This document shows, in pieces, positions 38,493 to 49,700 of a stretch of DNA of 64,000 nt (positions within the stretch are counted from its first letter, which is position 1; each line of letters begins with the position of its first letter). The stretch covers positions 62,001 through 126,000 of the IMG/VR virus record IMGVR_UViG_3300042889_001503; one strand, 5' to 3'. The position numbers were made by a program, and so were the translations under genes. Under the pieces are notes generated by a model, which saw only the letters and a program-made list of their open reading frames with translations, was not told where the DNA came from and did not search any database.

Positions 38493-41400
38493 ATGTCAAA
38501 TAGTACATTATCATTTGCTTCATCATCTTCATTTAGAGATATTTTATTGGCTAAAAATTTAGCCCCATATAATGTTGTCGGAGTATATTCACCACAAGTT
38601 GGTAATTTAACTTATGAAACAGTTTTAAATGTTAGTAATGTTATTGATTCACCAAATGACTTAATTGCTAATGACCCATTTGCTGCACAATTATATCCAT
38701 TAAATGAATATGGTCCTAATGGAGGTTATAACACAATAATAGATTATAATGGAGCTCCTCTTCCGGTAAATTCAAATCAGGGTGAGTATAGTCCGGATGA
38801 TACTGTGTTAGATTTAGTTAATGAATTTTTTATTGATACAGCGTATATTGTAAACTATTATGGACCTGTTGGTGGATTTAGCAATTTGTTTGGGGTTACC
38901 ACACAAATGTTAGCAGCACCAATACATCAACCATATGGGTCTACGTTTATACCTTCAACCTATTCTCCTTATTCAATATTATTATCAACAAATCCTACGG
39001 GTAGTGATGGTTCATTATCTCAGGATTCGTATTTAGCGAGATTAGGTGCTCTACAATTAAACGAGGCGTTTCAAGATAGGATAGCTAGACAAATTTTTAT
39101 AAACACAGTTGGTCAAGTAAATTTAGAATCACTATCGGACCCATTTGAGGCTAGTTTAATTATTTCAGGACAAGAACCTTTAATTTATAGAAATTGGAAG
39201 ATTACGTCACCTGAGGACCCTATTACGGCAGCCGCTGACTTAATTACAAGATTAGGTGGTGCGTATTGGCCTGTTTCACCAATTCCGGGAGATTATTTTA
39301 CAGATAACACAAGAAATGGTCAAACACAACAAACATCAAACGCGTTAAACGTAGTTAATCAATTAACAGGTGGGTTTTTGGGTCCAATTTTAAATGCTAA
39401 AAGAAACCCTTCTGAAATATTTTTGGCGAACACCGGAAATGGACAAAGGTCTGTTTTATTTAGAAATCTAAATTATAATCGTTATCAACCAAGTTATAAT
39501 AAAACTTTTGGTGGGTTATTAGGTGTTGGGCAAGCTATTGTTAGTTTAATAAACCCTGATAATGGAACCTTAGTTGGTGGTTATTATGTTGGTAGTAGAA
39601 ATGCTGAACCATCTACAATAACTTCACCACCAAATCAAGTTCCTGTTAACGCTTTTGGACAACAAGAAGATGTTCCGGTATATGGACCATCTGAATTAGG
39701 TATTTTATTTGAGGGTAATCAAGACACTCTTAACTTTGGACTTGCGGCTAAATCATTAAGTGATGGTGGTGGTATTGATGGACAATTTGTTTGGACATCA
39801 CCAAAATATAAACCAAATGCGGGATTCAAAGCGACACCCGGAGGTGGGTCAGGTTCAGCGGATTCTGAATTTAATTTAATTAGTAGCAATTACCTTAAAG
39901 ACGAATCAACTAATTTTGTGTTTAAAGCAACATCAATTTTAGATGAAACTCAAAGATTAGTAAATTCTGCTGATAATGTTCAAGGAATTTCAAGACTAAA
40001 ACACGTCGGTAATGCTATTAATCAAGTTAGTAAAGTGTTTCACGATGGATATAAAGAAATGACAAAAGGTTCTCAGGTTGTGTCGTATACTGACCAAACA
40101 ACCGGTGGTGAGGCAGGTATTGAATATTGTAGAGTTTTTACTAAAGACACACCATATTACACATATAATGATTTACAAAAAGTAGATGGTATTACAACAT
40201 CAGGAAGAAAATTTGCTAGTTCAGTATTTGACAACACATTTAATTTAAATATTTCACCAACAAGAAATCCGGGGTCGACAAATATTATTGCCGATGGACC
40301 AAATGGTATTGGTGGGTATGCTAAAAAATATATGTTCTCAATTGAGAATTTGGCTTGGAGAACATCAAGTAAACAAGGTTTTACTTATGATGAACTACCT
40401 GTTTGTGAAAAAGGACCAAACGGGGGTAGAGTTATGTGGTTTCCACCATATGATATTAAATTTAACGATACAAGTAACGCTAATTGGACGGAAACTTCTT
40501 TCTTAGGTAGACCCGAACCAATCTATACATATAAAGACACTAGAAGAAGTGGAACATTAAGTTGGAAAATAATTGTTGACCACCCTTCGGTTATGAATGT
40601 TATTGTTGAGAAACAATTAAAAGGACAGAATAAAGAAAGAATTAATTCTATTATTGATTCATTTTTTGCGGGTTGTGTTAAATATGATATTTACGAATTG
40701 GCTAAAAAATTCAATACTGTCCCAACTAAAGATTTATATACTTATCAACAGATATTAAACGACCCTAATTTAGATAAAAATACCGCAAAAGAGGTTATTA
40801 GTAGTAATGAAGGAAATGCGTCGGTTGGAACGGTAACAACGCCTCGTAATAGTTCGACAAAATCAAACCCTGAGTTATCAATTGCCGATTTAAGTAAGTA
40901 TAATAATTTAGGGTTCTATTTTGATAATGATGTTCCGGGACCAAATAATAAAACTGCGGAAAAACCAAACTCATCATATAAGGCGGATTATGATAATTAC
41001 ACTAGTACTATGAATCAAGACCAATATGTTGCGATATCAACAAATACTTTTAGTCCACCAAGTATTAATTTAAATGTTCAACCATTTTTTACTAATGTTG
41101 TTATTGACAATTTTAATCAGATTAACTCTGGTTTTGTTGAAGATGCTTTTAAAATATTAAGTGAAAAAACAGGGACTATTCAAATATTATTAACTAGTTC
41201 AGCTTCCGCTCCTGCGAGTAAAGATTACAATGTAAAATTATCCATAAGACGAAAAAATTCTGTTGTTGAATATTTACAAACAACTAAATTAAAACCATTT
41301 ATTGATGTGGATAAGACACTAACGTTTCTTGATGTTAATAAAGGTGAGGGAGAAGTTGTTTCATTCCCACAATCATCGACAGGTGTTTTTGGTGCGTCAG

Positions 41401-43406
41401 TTAACTGTACTGACGATATTTTATCAAAAACAAATAAAGTTACTAAAGATTCTCAAAAGTATTCTGTTAGTGCAATGGCTTGTCGAAGAGTTACATTAAA
41501 AGATATAAAAGTAACGGCAACACCTGTTGATAAACCGGTAGAACCTATTATTGAGGATGTTATAATACCTCCGGTAGTGGCACCAAAACCAAAACCAAAA
41601 CCAACATATCGAACAGAAAAAACAATAAAGGATGGGATTAGTAAACTAATTGTAAGAAGATTACTTTCTGAATGTGATTATTTTGATGTTGTTAAAAAAG
41701 AGGTTCCTATGTTATATGATTCTATTCAGGAAAAAATCAAATATTTTAATCCTGCGTTCCACTCTATGACACCGGAAGGATTAAACTCTCGTTTAACCTT
41801 CTTGAATCAATGTGTTCGTCCTGGTGAAACAATTCCGGTTATTGGGGATAATGGACAGATAGTTGCAAATGATGCCTTAAATACCTCCTTTGGTGCTCCA
41901 CCGGTATTAGTTTTAAGGATTGGGGATTTTTATAATTGTAAAATAATACCAAAAAGTGTTGCGTTCTCATACGAACCATTAGTGTTTGATTTAAACCCTG
42001 AAGGAATTGGTATTCAACCTATGATTGCTAATGTTTCAATGAATTTTGATATTATTGGTGGTATGGGTCTTGAAAAACCTGTTGAAGAATTACAAAACGC
42101 ATTATCATTCAATTACTACGCTAATACTGAAATTTATGACGAAAGAGCTAAAGCGACCGATGATAGTTGGAAAAAATTAGACAAACAATATTTCCAAGAT
42201 TTAATTGATGAACAACCTACGCAAACTCAAGTTGATAATCAACAAACAAATTCTGCGGGAGAAACTATTGGACAAATTCAAACAACTGTTAATGGTGCTA
42301 GTGGTCAAACAGGTGATATCACTTATATGAAAATTATGGATAGTTTATTGGATGTTAGTAAAGAATATATTGTAAATCTAGTGAATCAATCAGAATCGAC
42401 AATTAAATCATATAATGGTGGTGTTTGGCAATTAATGACTCAAGAAAGACAATATACAGGTGGTGAATTTAATATGGGAACATCAAGTCAATTAGTTACA
42501 ATCTATGGTAAGTCAGTTTATGAACAAAGAGTGATTGATTTATTTTCGGCATTATTAAATGATATATCAAGTGGCACTAATTTTATTATTGTTGGTTTAA
42601 ATAGTGTGTTTACTGACACAACAGCGGTTAGGAGTGTTACAACTAATTTAACAAATTACATTAAAGCAATGCAGACGGATTTCAGTAACGGGATTGAGGA
42701 AATTAGTAATAAGATTGTTGAACAAGAACAGGGTATGGTACAAGTTTTTAGAAAAATTAATTATGTGACAACATTATCTGATGGTGTGTTGATAGATAGT
42801 AAAGCAAAAATTTATACAATTACCGCAACTGAAGAAGTTGACAGAGGTGATACTCAAGAGAGTGTGGACACATTCCAAGAAATGATATTTGATTATGATT
42901 TGGTTGCGACTAGAATGAATAAATATAATGAAACTTTAAGTAGTGTAGATTTTAATATAATTAGTAATGGATATACTGAACCGGGAGGATTTACTTCGGC
43001 GGTGTTTGATGATTTAACTGATAAAAGATTTTTTATGGTTATGGCTCAAGTATTCAATAATAGAAGTAATTTCAACACATTTAAATCTGCAATTATTACA
43101 AATGAGTTGGATAATACTTATGATGACTTATCTAAAAATTTTAACAAAATTGTTGATAAATTTAGAGATAGTGTAATTGAAGAATTAGATTTTGAAGAAA
43201 AAAATATTAAATCTCTTAAAAAATCGCCTGACTATATTGGGTGGACTAAAGATAACATTTATAATAAGGGAAAAGTACGTAAGTTTACGTATACTACAGA
43301 ACCTTCACCAACAAATGATGAACAAACTAATAATTTAATATTATTGTATAAAGGTGATAATACAGGTGATAAAACAATTTGGACGGATAAAACTCAATTT
43401 AATTAA
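38493..43406 (+). CDS. Large baseplate/tube-initiator protein containing an OmpA-like domain
   Basis: FPPYDIKFND...NW....LGRPEPIYTY..T.RSG.L and PPVLVLRIGDFY.....S....Y are tube-initiator-like segments. OmpA-like FYFDND...SASA...YN..LS.RR..SV..YL...RRV lies between them. Confidence 0.65.
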   Translation: MSNSTLSFASSSSFRDILLAKNLAPYNVVGVYSPQVGNLTYETVLNVSNVIDSPNDLIANDPFAAQLYPLNEYGPNGGYNTIIDYNGAPLPVNSNQGEYSPDDTVLDLVNEFFIDTAYIVNYYGPVGGFSNLFGVTTQMLAAPIHQPYGSTFIPSTYSPYSILLSTNPTGSDGSLSQDSYLARLGALQLNEAFQDRIARQIFINTVGQVNLESLSDPFEASLIISGQEPLIYRNWKITSPEDPITAAADLITRLGGAYWPVSPIPGDYFTDNTRNGQTQQTSNALNVVNQLTGGFLGPILNAKRNPSEIFLANTGNGQRSVLFRNLNYNRYQPSYNKTFGGLLGVGQAIVSLINPDNGTLVGGYYVGSRNAEPSTITSPPNQVPVNAFGQQEDVPVYGPSELGILFEGNQDTLNFGLAAKSLSDGGGIDGQFVWTSPKYKPNAGFKATPGGGSGSADSEFNLISSNYLKDESTNFVFKATSILDETQRLVNSADNVQGISRLKHVGNAINQVSKVFHDGYKEMTKGSQVVSYTDQTTGGEAGIEYCRVFTKDTPYYTYNDLQKVDGITTSGRKFASSVFDNTFNLNISPTRNPGSTNIIADGPNGIGGYAKKYMFSIENLAWRTSSKQGFTYDELPVCEKGPNGGRVMWFPPYDIKFNDTSNANWTETSFLGRPEPIYTYKDTRRSGTLSWKIIVDHPSVMNVIVEKQLKGQNKERINSIIDSFFAGCVKYDIYELAKKFNTVPTKDLYTYQQILNDPNLDKNTAKEVISSNEGNASVGTVTTPRNSSTKSNPELSIADLSKYNNLGFYFDNDVPGPNNKTAEKPNSSYKADYDNYTSTMNQDQYVAISTNTFSPPSINLNVQPFFTNVVIDNFNQINSGFVEDAFKILSEKTGTIQILLTSSASAPASKDYNVKLSIRRKNSVVEYLQTTKLKPFIDVDKTLTFLDVNKGEGEVVSFPQSSTGVFGASVNCTDDILSKTNKVTKDSQKYSVSAMACRRVTLKDIKVTATPVDKPVEPIIEDVIIPPVVAPKPKPKPTYRTEKTIKDGISKLIVRRLLSECDYFDVVKKEVPMLYDSIQEKIKYFNPAFHSMTPEGLNSRLTFLNQCVRPGETIPVIGDNGQIVANDALNTSFGAPPVLVLRIGDFYNCKIIPKSVAFSYEPLVFDLNPEGIGIQPMIANVSMNFDIIGGMGLEKPVEELQNALSFNYYANTEIYDERAKATDDSWKKLDKQYFQDLIDEQPTQTQVDNQQTNSAGETIGQIQTTVNGASGQTGDITYMKIMDSLLDVSKEYIVNLVNQSESTIKSYNGGVWQLMTQERQYTGGEFNMGTSSQLVTIYGKSVYEQRVIDLFSALLNDISSGTNFIIVGLNSVFTDTTAVRSVTTNLTNYIKAMQTDFSNGIEEISNKIVEQEQGMVQVFRKINYVTTLSDGVLIDSKAKIYTITATEEVDRGDTQESVDTFQEMIFDYDLVATRMNKYNETLSSVDFNIISNGYTEPGGFTSAVFDDLTDKRFFMVMAQVFNNRSNFNTFKSAIITNELDNTYDDLSKNFNKIVDKFRDSVIEELDFEEKNIKSLKKSPDYIGWTKDNIYNKGKVRKFTYTTEPSPTNDEQTNNLILLYKGDNTGDKTIWTDKTQFN

Positions 43407-43408
43407 AA

Positions 43409-43735
43409 ATGACTAATAGACAAAATTATAATAGGTATAATGAATTTTTAATAAATGGTGAACAGAGTGTTGTCCCATACATCTCCATTTCAAGTAAATC
43501 ATCAGATAAAAGAGTAATTTATAAGATAGGTCAATCTAGATTGGATAAAATATCTCAACAATATTATGGTACACCAACATTTGGGTGGTTAATTTTAGCC
43601 GCAAACCCAATTTTTGGGGGAAATGAGTGGGCTATCCCGGATGCTGCTATATTGACAATTCCATTTCCTTTAGTATCATCTTTACAAGAATATAAATCTC
43701 AATTAGACAATCATTTCTATTATTATGGTAGGTAA
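43409..43735 (+). CDS. LysM-like baseplate wedge protein (gp53/tail X-like)
   Basis: RLDKISQQYYGTPTFGWLILAANP...IP....LTIP. Confidence 0.8.
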   Translation: MTNRQNYNRYNEFLINGEQSVVPYISISSKSSDKRVIYKIGQSRLDKISQQYYGTPTFGWLILAANPIFGGNEWAIPDAAILTIPFPLVSSLQEYKSQLDNHFYYYGR

Positions 43736-46700
43736 ACCCGAAAATATATTAGTCGAATTCGACTATAACAATATTACAATTATTGACCCAAACAAGGTTG
43801 TTGATAGTGATAATAAAGTAAAAGATAGATTTGTAAAGCAAGAAGATTTAGTAATGTATGCCAATCTTGAGTGTAGTGTTTTACCGAGAACTAAATTAGC
43901 TCTTGGTACCGCAAATAATGATTCTATTAGAACAGTATCAATCGCTAAAATTAATTTTTTAAAACCGGGTGATAAACCATATTTAGATAATTCATATACT
44001 GATGAAATAACAGGTAAAGGTGCGATAAGAGGAGAAGGTGTTAACCAACCAACTTTCCAAAGTATTACAAACCCAAATAACAGTGATGATTTTTATCTTA
44101 AACAAACAATTAGTTCAGGGGGTAAACCCGGAGCGGTAGATAATGGTTTGTTAGGAATCACTTCGATTAATATTAGACAAGGGTTAGATTTCTTACCAAC
44201 AATTGATATTACTTTAGTTGATGTGAAAGGACGTGCTTTGTTTGAAGCTGGTGATAACTCACCATATGCGGCATTTTTTAATTTACCATATCCATTATTT
44301 CATTTAACAATTAAAGGGTATTTTGGTAAAGCGGTTAGATTAGGGTTAATGTTACAAAATTTCACAACAACATATGATTCTAATACGGCTAATTTTACAA
44401 TTGCTTTGAAGTTTTACACATACAAATATACTGTTTTAAGTGATGTTACTATGGGTGCTCTTTTAGCAACACCACATATGTATCAATCAAGATTTAATAT
44501 TACTAGAACTAGTGGTGGTCCATCTACAACAACTAAAACAGATAATGTTGTTGTTGAACGAGGTTATCAGAAAATAGTTGAAATGTATAGTGAGTATAAG
44601 TCAAAAGGGTTAATACCTAATGATTTTCCTGAAATCACATTAATGCAGATGAAGGATAGAATAGAAAACTTCATTAAGAATGTTCTTGATTCATTTACAA
44701 AACAAAACTTAGACCCATTAACTAATTTAGACACTTATGGAACCCAATTGAGGGACTATCAAAAAGAAGTGTTTTATACGGTAAAAACTTCGTGGTTTAA
44801 TGAATTTATGGATACTGAGAATTACTATATTTTAAATAAATTAGACACAAAGGTTTACACCTTCAAGAAAAATTTAGACCCTCAAAAGAAAAGTGACGCG
44901 ATTTCAAAACTAAAAGGGTTAATTGGGAAGTATAATACATTACTTAATGAAAATGTTACTTGTGGTAATGTCAATGGTAAAGGTAGTTATACAATCAACG
45001 GGAAAGTTACGAAATGTTCTATTCCAAATAGTGTTAAATACGAAACAAAGGGTGTTTTTACAATAGATATTAACCCTAATGATATTAATTTAACTGAAAC
45101 ATATAAATTACAGAAAAAAAATAGTCAACCAACACCAGAAGATTTAACAAAATTCCAAGCAGAGTTGGCGACCACAAATCTTTTTAATAATACTGAAATA
45201 ACCCTTAAAAATGGTGCAAAAGAAGTTGTTCAAAACTATTTTGTGTTTGAAGGAAAGGGTTCGTTTATCGATTTAACAGATAAAATGAATACTCTTTTAA
45301 CAACTAACAGAGGATTAGTTGAAGACGAGTTAACAAAAGCTCTTGCTGAGTTATTGGAGAATAAAGACAATGGTATCGGGTTTGTACCAACAATTAGAAA
45401 TGTGTTAGCGGTTGTTTTTGCTAATGGAGAGGCGTTTTTACGTTTAATGGATGATGTTCACACAAAAGCTTGGGAGCAAAGAGATTCTAAAATTAGAAAA
45501 GGTGTTATTTTTGACAAACAAATTGCAAACGCTAGTGCGGATAATAAAAGTTCGGGGGACGATAAAAATCAACCGGTATATCCTTGGCCTCAAGTTATTA
45601 AAGAAACGACAGGGGAAAATGGTCAGGAAAAGTATGAGTTAAGATATCCGGGGGATAGTGATATTGTTGGTGAAACTAAAGGTTACCTATATGATGTTTG
45701 GCCGGAAATAGAATTTGTTGAAGAATTCATTAAGGGTTTGACTCAAAAAACACCACCACCACAACCACCAGCTAAAACTTCTAATGACACAAAAGACACG
45801 AATAGAGTTTCATTAGGTGCGATTGAATTTCCTATCAGTAATGAGGTGTATCAAAATAAAGTTATTAGTAAATTTATTTATGAAATATATGAAAGAGTAT
45901 TGTTGACCTCACATTATTCCAAATTAGATAGAACTAATGTTTCAACATCTGAGGCGGATAAAATTGCTAACGTTATTGGTGAAGGAGAAAATATAAATAT
46001 ATCAAAGAGTGTTTCAGATAATAGTGATGTTGAATTAATTAAAACTTTAAAAGAGTATAATCTTAACTCATCTAATTTTCAAAGTGTGTTAAAACATATA
46101 TCAAATGAGGGTGTTTCGGTTAGTTGGCAAAACTACATACGAGGTATTTTCAACACGGGGTATATAAAAAATACTGTTGAAAACGCGTCTTTTGAGTTTA
46201 AAACATCTGATGAAATAAATGATTCAAAATCACAACCATTAGTTTCGTTAAGTAATGAAAAAGATATTGTTGATTATGTTGCGACTTCTACAACATCAAA
46301 TAAGTATGACTTTACTGACACTTATCCGTTTACAGATAAGACTTGGGTAAAAGGTAATTTGGCGAATGGTGTTTCTACAGATGAAACGTTAGCGTTTAAT
46401 ACAACAAAAACGTTAATTTATAACCCCAATAAAAAAGTTATTTCAAATTTCAGTGATATCCAATCTGAAGATGTTAAAAAACCAATAACAAATTTTGTTT
46501 ATAAAAATGTTGTAATGCCAACAATTGTTGACGATGATTTGAGGAATTTTTATAGTACTAGAACATATACTAATCAATTACCAACTGAAGGGGATGTCAA
46601 ATATTTAAATTATAGTGGACTTGTTAGTAGTTATCAAACTACATCAATTTTTAATACACCATATTTTATAAACTCAATTCAAGAGGGTGTGGTGAATTCT

Positions 46701-49700
46701 ATTAATCAAGATGCAAACCCATATATTAGTTCCGCCTATTTGTTTATTAATAGCTTACCTTTATCGACACTAAGGGAAAAATATAAAACATACACAGGTA
46801 ATGATACAAATTATTCTGATGAGAATTTAGACTATATATTCGCGTCTATGAAAAAATATGCGGCTCTTCATAAAGTCCCATATGCTTGGATATTAAAAAT
46901 AGGTTCAATTTGGCATCGTTATAAAAAATATGTTAATACTAATGTTGATATTTTAGATAATTGTTGGAAAAAGTTTGACGCGGTTAAAAATTATGACCCG
47001 GTTAATAATAGTGCCTCAACAGTTTATAATTTTACTATTCCGGGACAAGTTTCTGCGACGACAATGGTGTTGGAAACAACAAACATAATTCCAACATTCT
47101 CAATTCCAATGGGGGCAACTAACGTTCAAACAATAATTAACACAGGATTTTATCCTAAATTAATTAACGATTTTAATGTTTTTTATCAAGGATATAATGT
47201 TTATACAGGTTATACTAGTTCTGATATTCAAAATGGGTTTAGTGAAGGTATATTGTTAAATTATGTTCCTGAGGCGGTTATAAATAATGTAACAGGGACT
47301 ACAACAGGTAATAGTCAAACTATTTCGGTAATCCCTTGGTCTGTATCTATTGTTGCTGATTATGGACAATATATCTATATTCTACCATCTCATGGGGGAT
47401 TAATTAACCAAACTAAAAATGAGTGTTTTGACACATCAGATAATTTAGTTTATCAAGTTACCGGTAATACTGCGATGTACAATGGTTCTGCTAGATTATT
47501 TTGGGGTTCACCTAATTATGGATATTTTGATAATACTAAAGTAATAAAACCGGAACCTATTCACTACCTAAAACAAATCTTTTCAGGTCAAGAAGCTCAA
47601 GAAAATTTCTCCATAAATGGGTTAAGTCAGGACTATACAAAAATTAGTGAAATTTTTTCAGTTTTTGATAGAGACGCTTTAGATAACTTTGAAACAGAGT
47701 TTTTAAATTTCTCAATATCTATCTACGATTATGAGACAGATATAAACTCAACAGATACTGAAACACAAAAATCTTTTAAAAATTTCCAATCATTAATGAG
47801 GAATATGATGAAAATTCCAAATACGGCAACAAATAATGTGGAATGGGTGGAAAATATTCAAAATAAACAGTTATCAAATATTTCAAATATAATTAATCAA
47901 TTTTTAAACTACGATGTTTATTTTAAATTAGGTAACCCATCTTCGTTTAACAAACAATTGTTTTATACGTTCTCAAGTAACCATAGAATTGAAACTCCGG
48001 TTACGTGGGATTATTATAACTATATGACACCAAATTCGTTACCTACGGGAAGAACATTAAATAATTCAATTACGACTTATCCGTTAGAATGGGCGGCTTT
48101 GGAGACATACGTTGGTTTTTCTGAAATACCTCAATTAACGTATAAAGATGGTGGTTCATATATTACTGATTTCTTTATAGATTGTAATGTCGCCTTTGAT
48201 GTGTATAACATTGAAAAATTGGCACCTATTATTAAAATATATGCTACTCAGAAATTAAAAGATAATACTTTAAATTACGAAAAGTTTGTTAAATTAATGA
48301 ATGATTATTTAGATAATTTAGATTTGTTTAACAATAGAATTATCAATAATCTTATGATTAAATTACAAAAATCATTACCAAACGTTAATTTTACACCACA
48401 AACTAAACCTGAAACGGTGTTAGAAAGTAAACAAACTAAACTTGAATTATGGGAATCATTTAAAGCAACAAACGATAAATGGATTTCCGGGACTGACTTT
48501 AAAGAAAAAACATTATTTGAAGATGTCTTACTATTAGATAGAGCGAGTAGAGATGTTGGTAATTTAGTTTTAGTGGATGTTCAAAAATTAAAAGATGATT
48601 TAAAAGAAATTAATGTTGCTTCAACAATGTTAACGTATATTCAAACTATTTTAGTTAGAAATAATTTTGTAGTTATGAATATACCGTCATATGTTAATTT
48701 TTATAATGTCCAAGATGCGGTTAAGAATCCAAAACCAAAACCTGAAGGGACTTTAGAGTTTGCAAACACTTTATTTGGGACATTTATGAATGTTGATTAT
48801 CGAAATTCATCTGCTAAGATGGTTTGTTTTTACGCCGGAAAACCAAGTGAACAATTAGACTTAAAAGAGAATGTTGATTACCGTTATAGAAATGATGCGT
48901 TTGATTTGAGACGTGTTGATAATCCATTGGTTGAAAATCAAATAGGTAAAAATGATTGGGATAAATCAAATAAGGTTGTTGGGTTTAATGTAGATTTTGG
49001 ACCACAAAATCAATCAATATTTCACGGGTTTAATATTAGTCAAAATCCGGGGTTAGCGACTGCGGAATCATTAGAGGTATTAAATCAAATGGCGAATCAA
49101 TCAAATAATAGAGGAGGGGCAACTCAGAATACTTCATTATATAATTTATATAAAAATAGAAGTTATTCTTGTACTGTTAGTATGATGGGTAATGCTATGA
49201 TACAACCAACGATGTATTTTAATTTAAGACACGTCCCAATGTTTAGTGGTCCATATATGATACAAAAAGTTAATCACTCAATAACACCGGGACATTTTGA
49301 TACAACATTTGAAGGTATTAGACAACCAACAGCATCTTTACCCAAGTTAGATAATTATATTCAATCTCTTAAAACAACATTATTACAATCAATAATTGAT
49401 GAAAATAAAAAAAATAAACAGGAAAAAGAAAAGGCGGCACTCTCGGCAACAACCACTAACAGTATTACTCAGAACGCTGCTGTAGTTAGTGATAGTGTTG
49501 ACCAAGATGGTACAACTCAAAGTAATAGTCAAAAATGTCCACCAAGTAAGGTTAAAAATGATAAGTATGTTAAGTTTATCGCGACAGACACTAAAAATGC
49601 GACTAGTGCAACATATAAAGAAGTGGTTGATATAATATCAACAAAAACAACAGACCAAAAAATACGATATGCTGTTTTTGCTAAAATGTATTTAAGCTCG

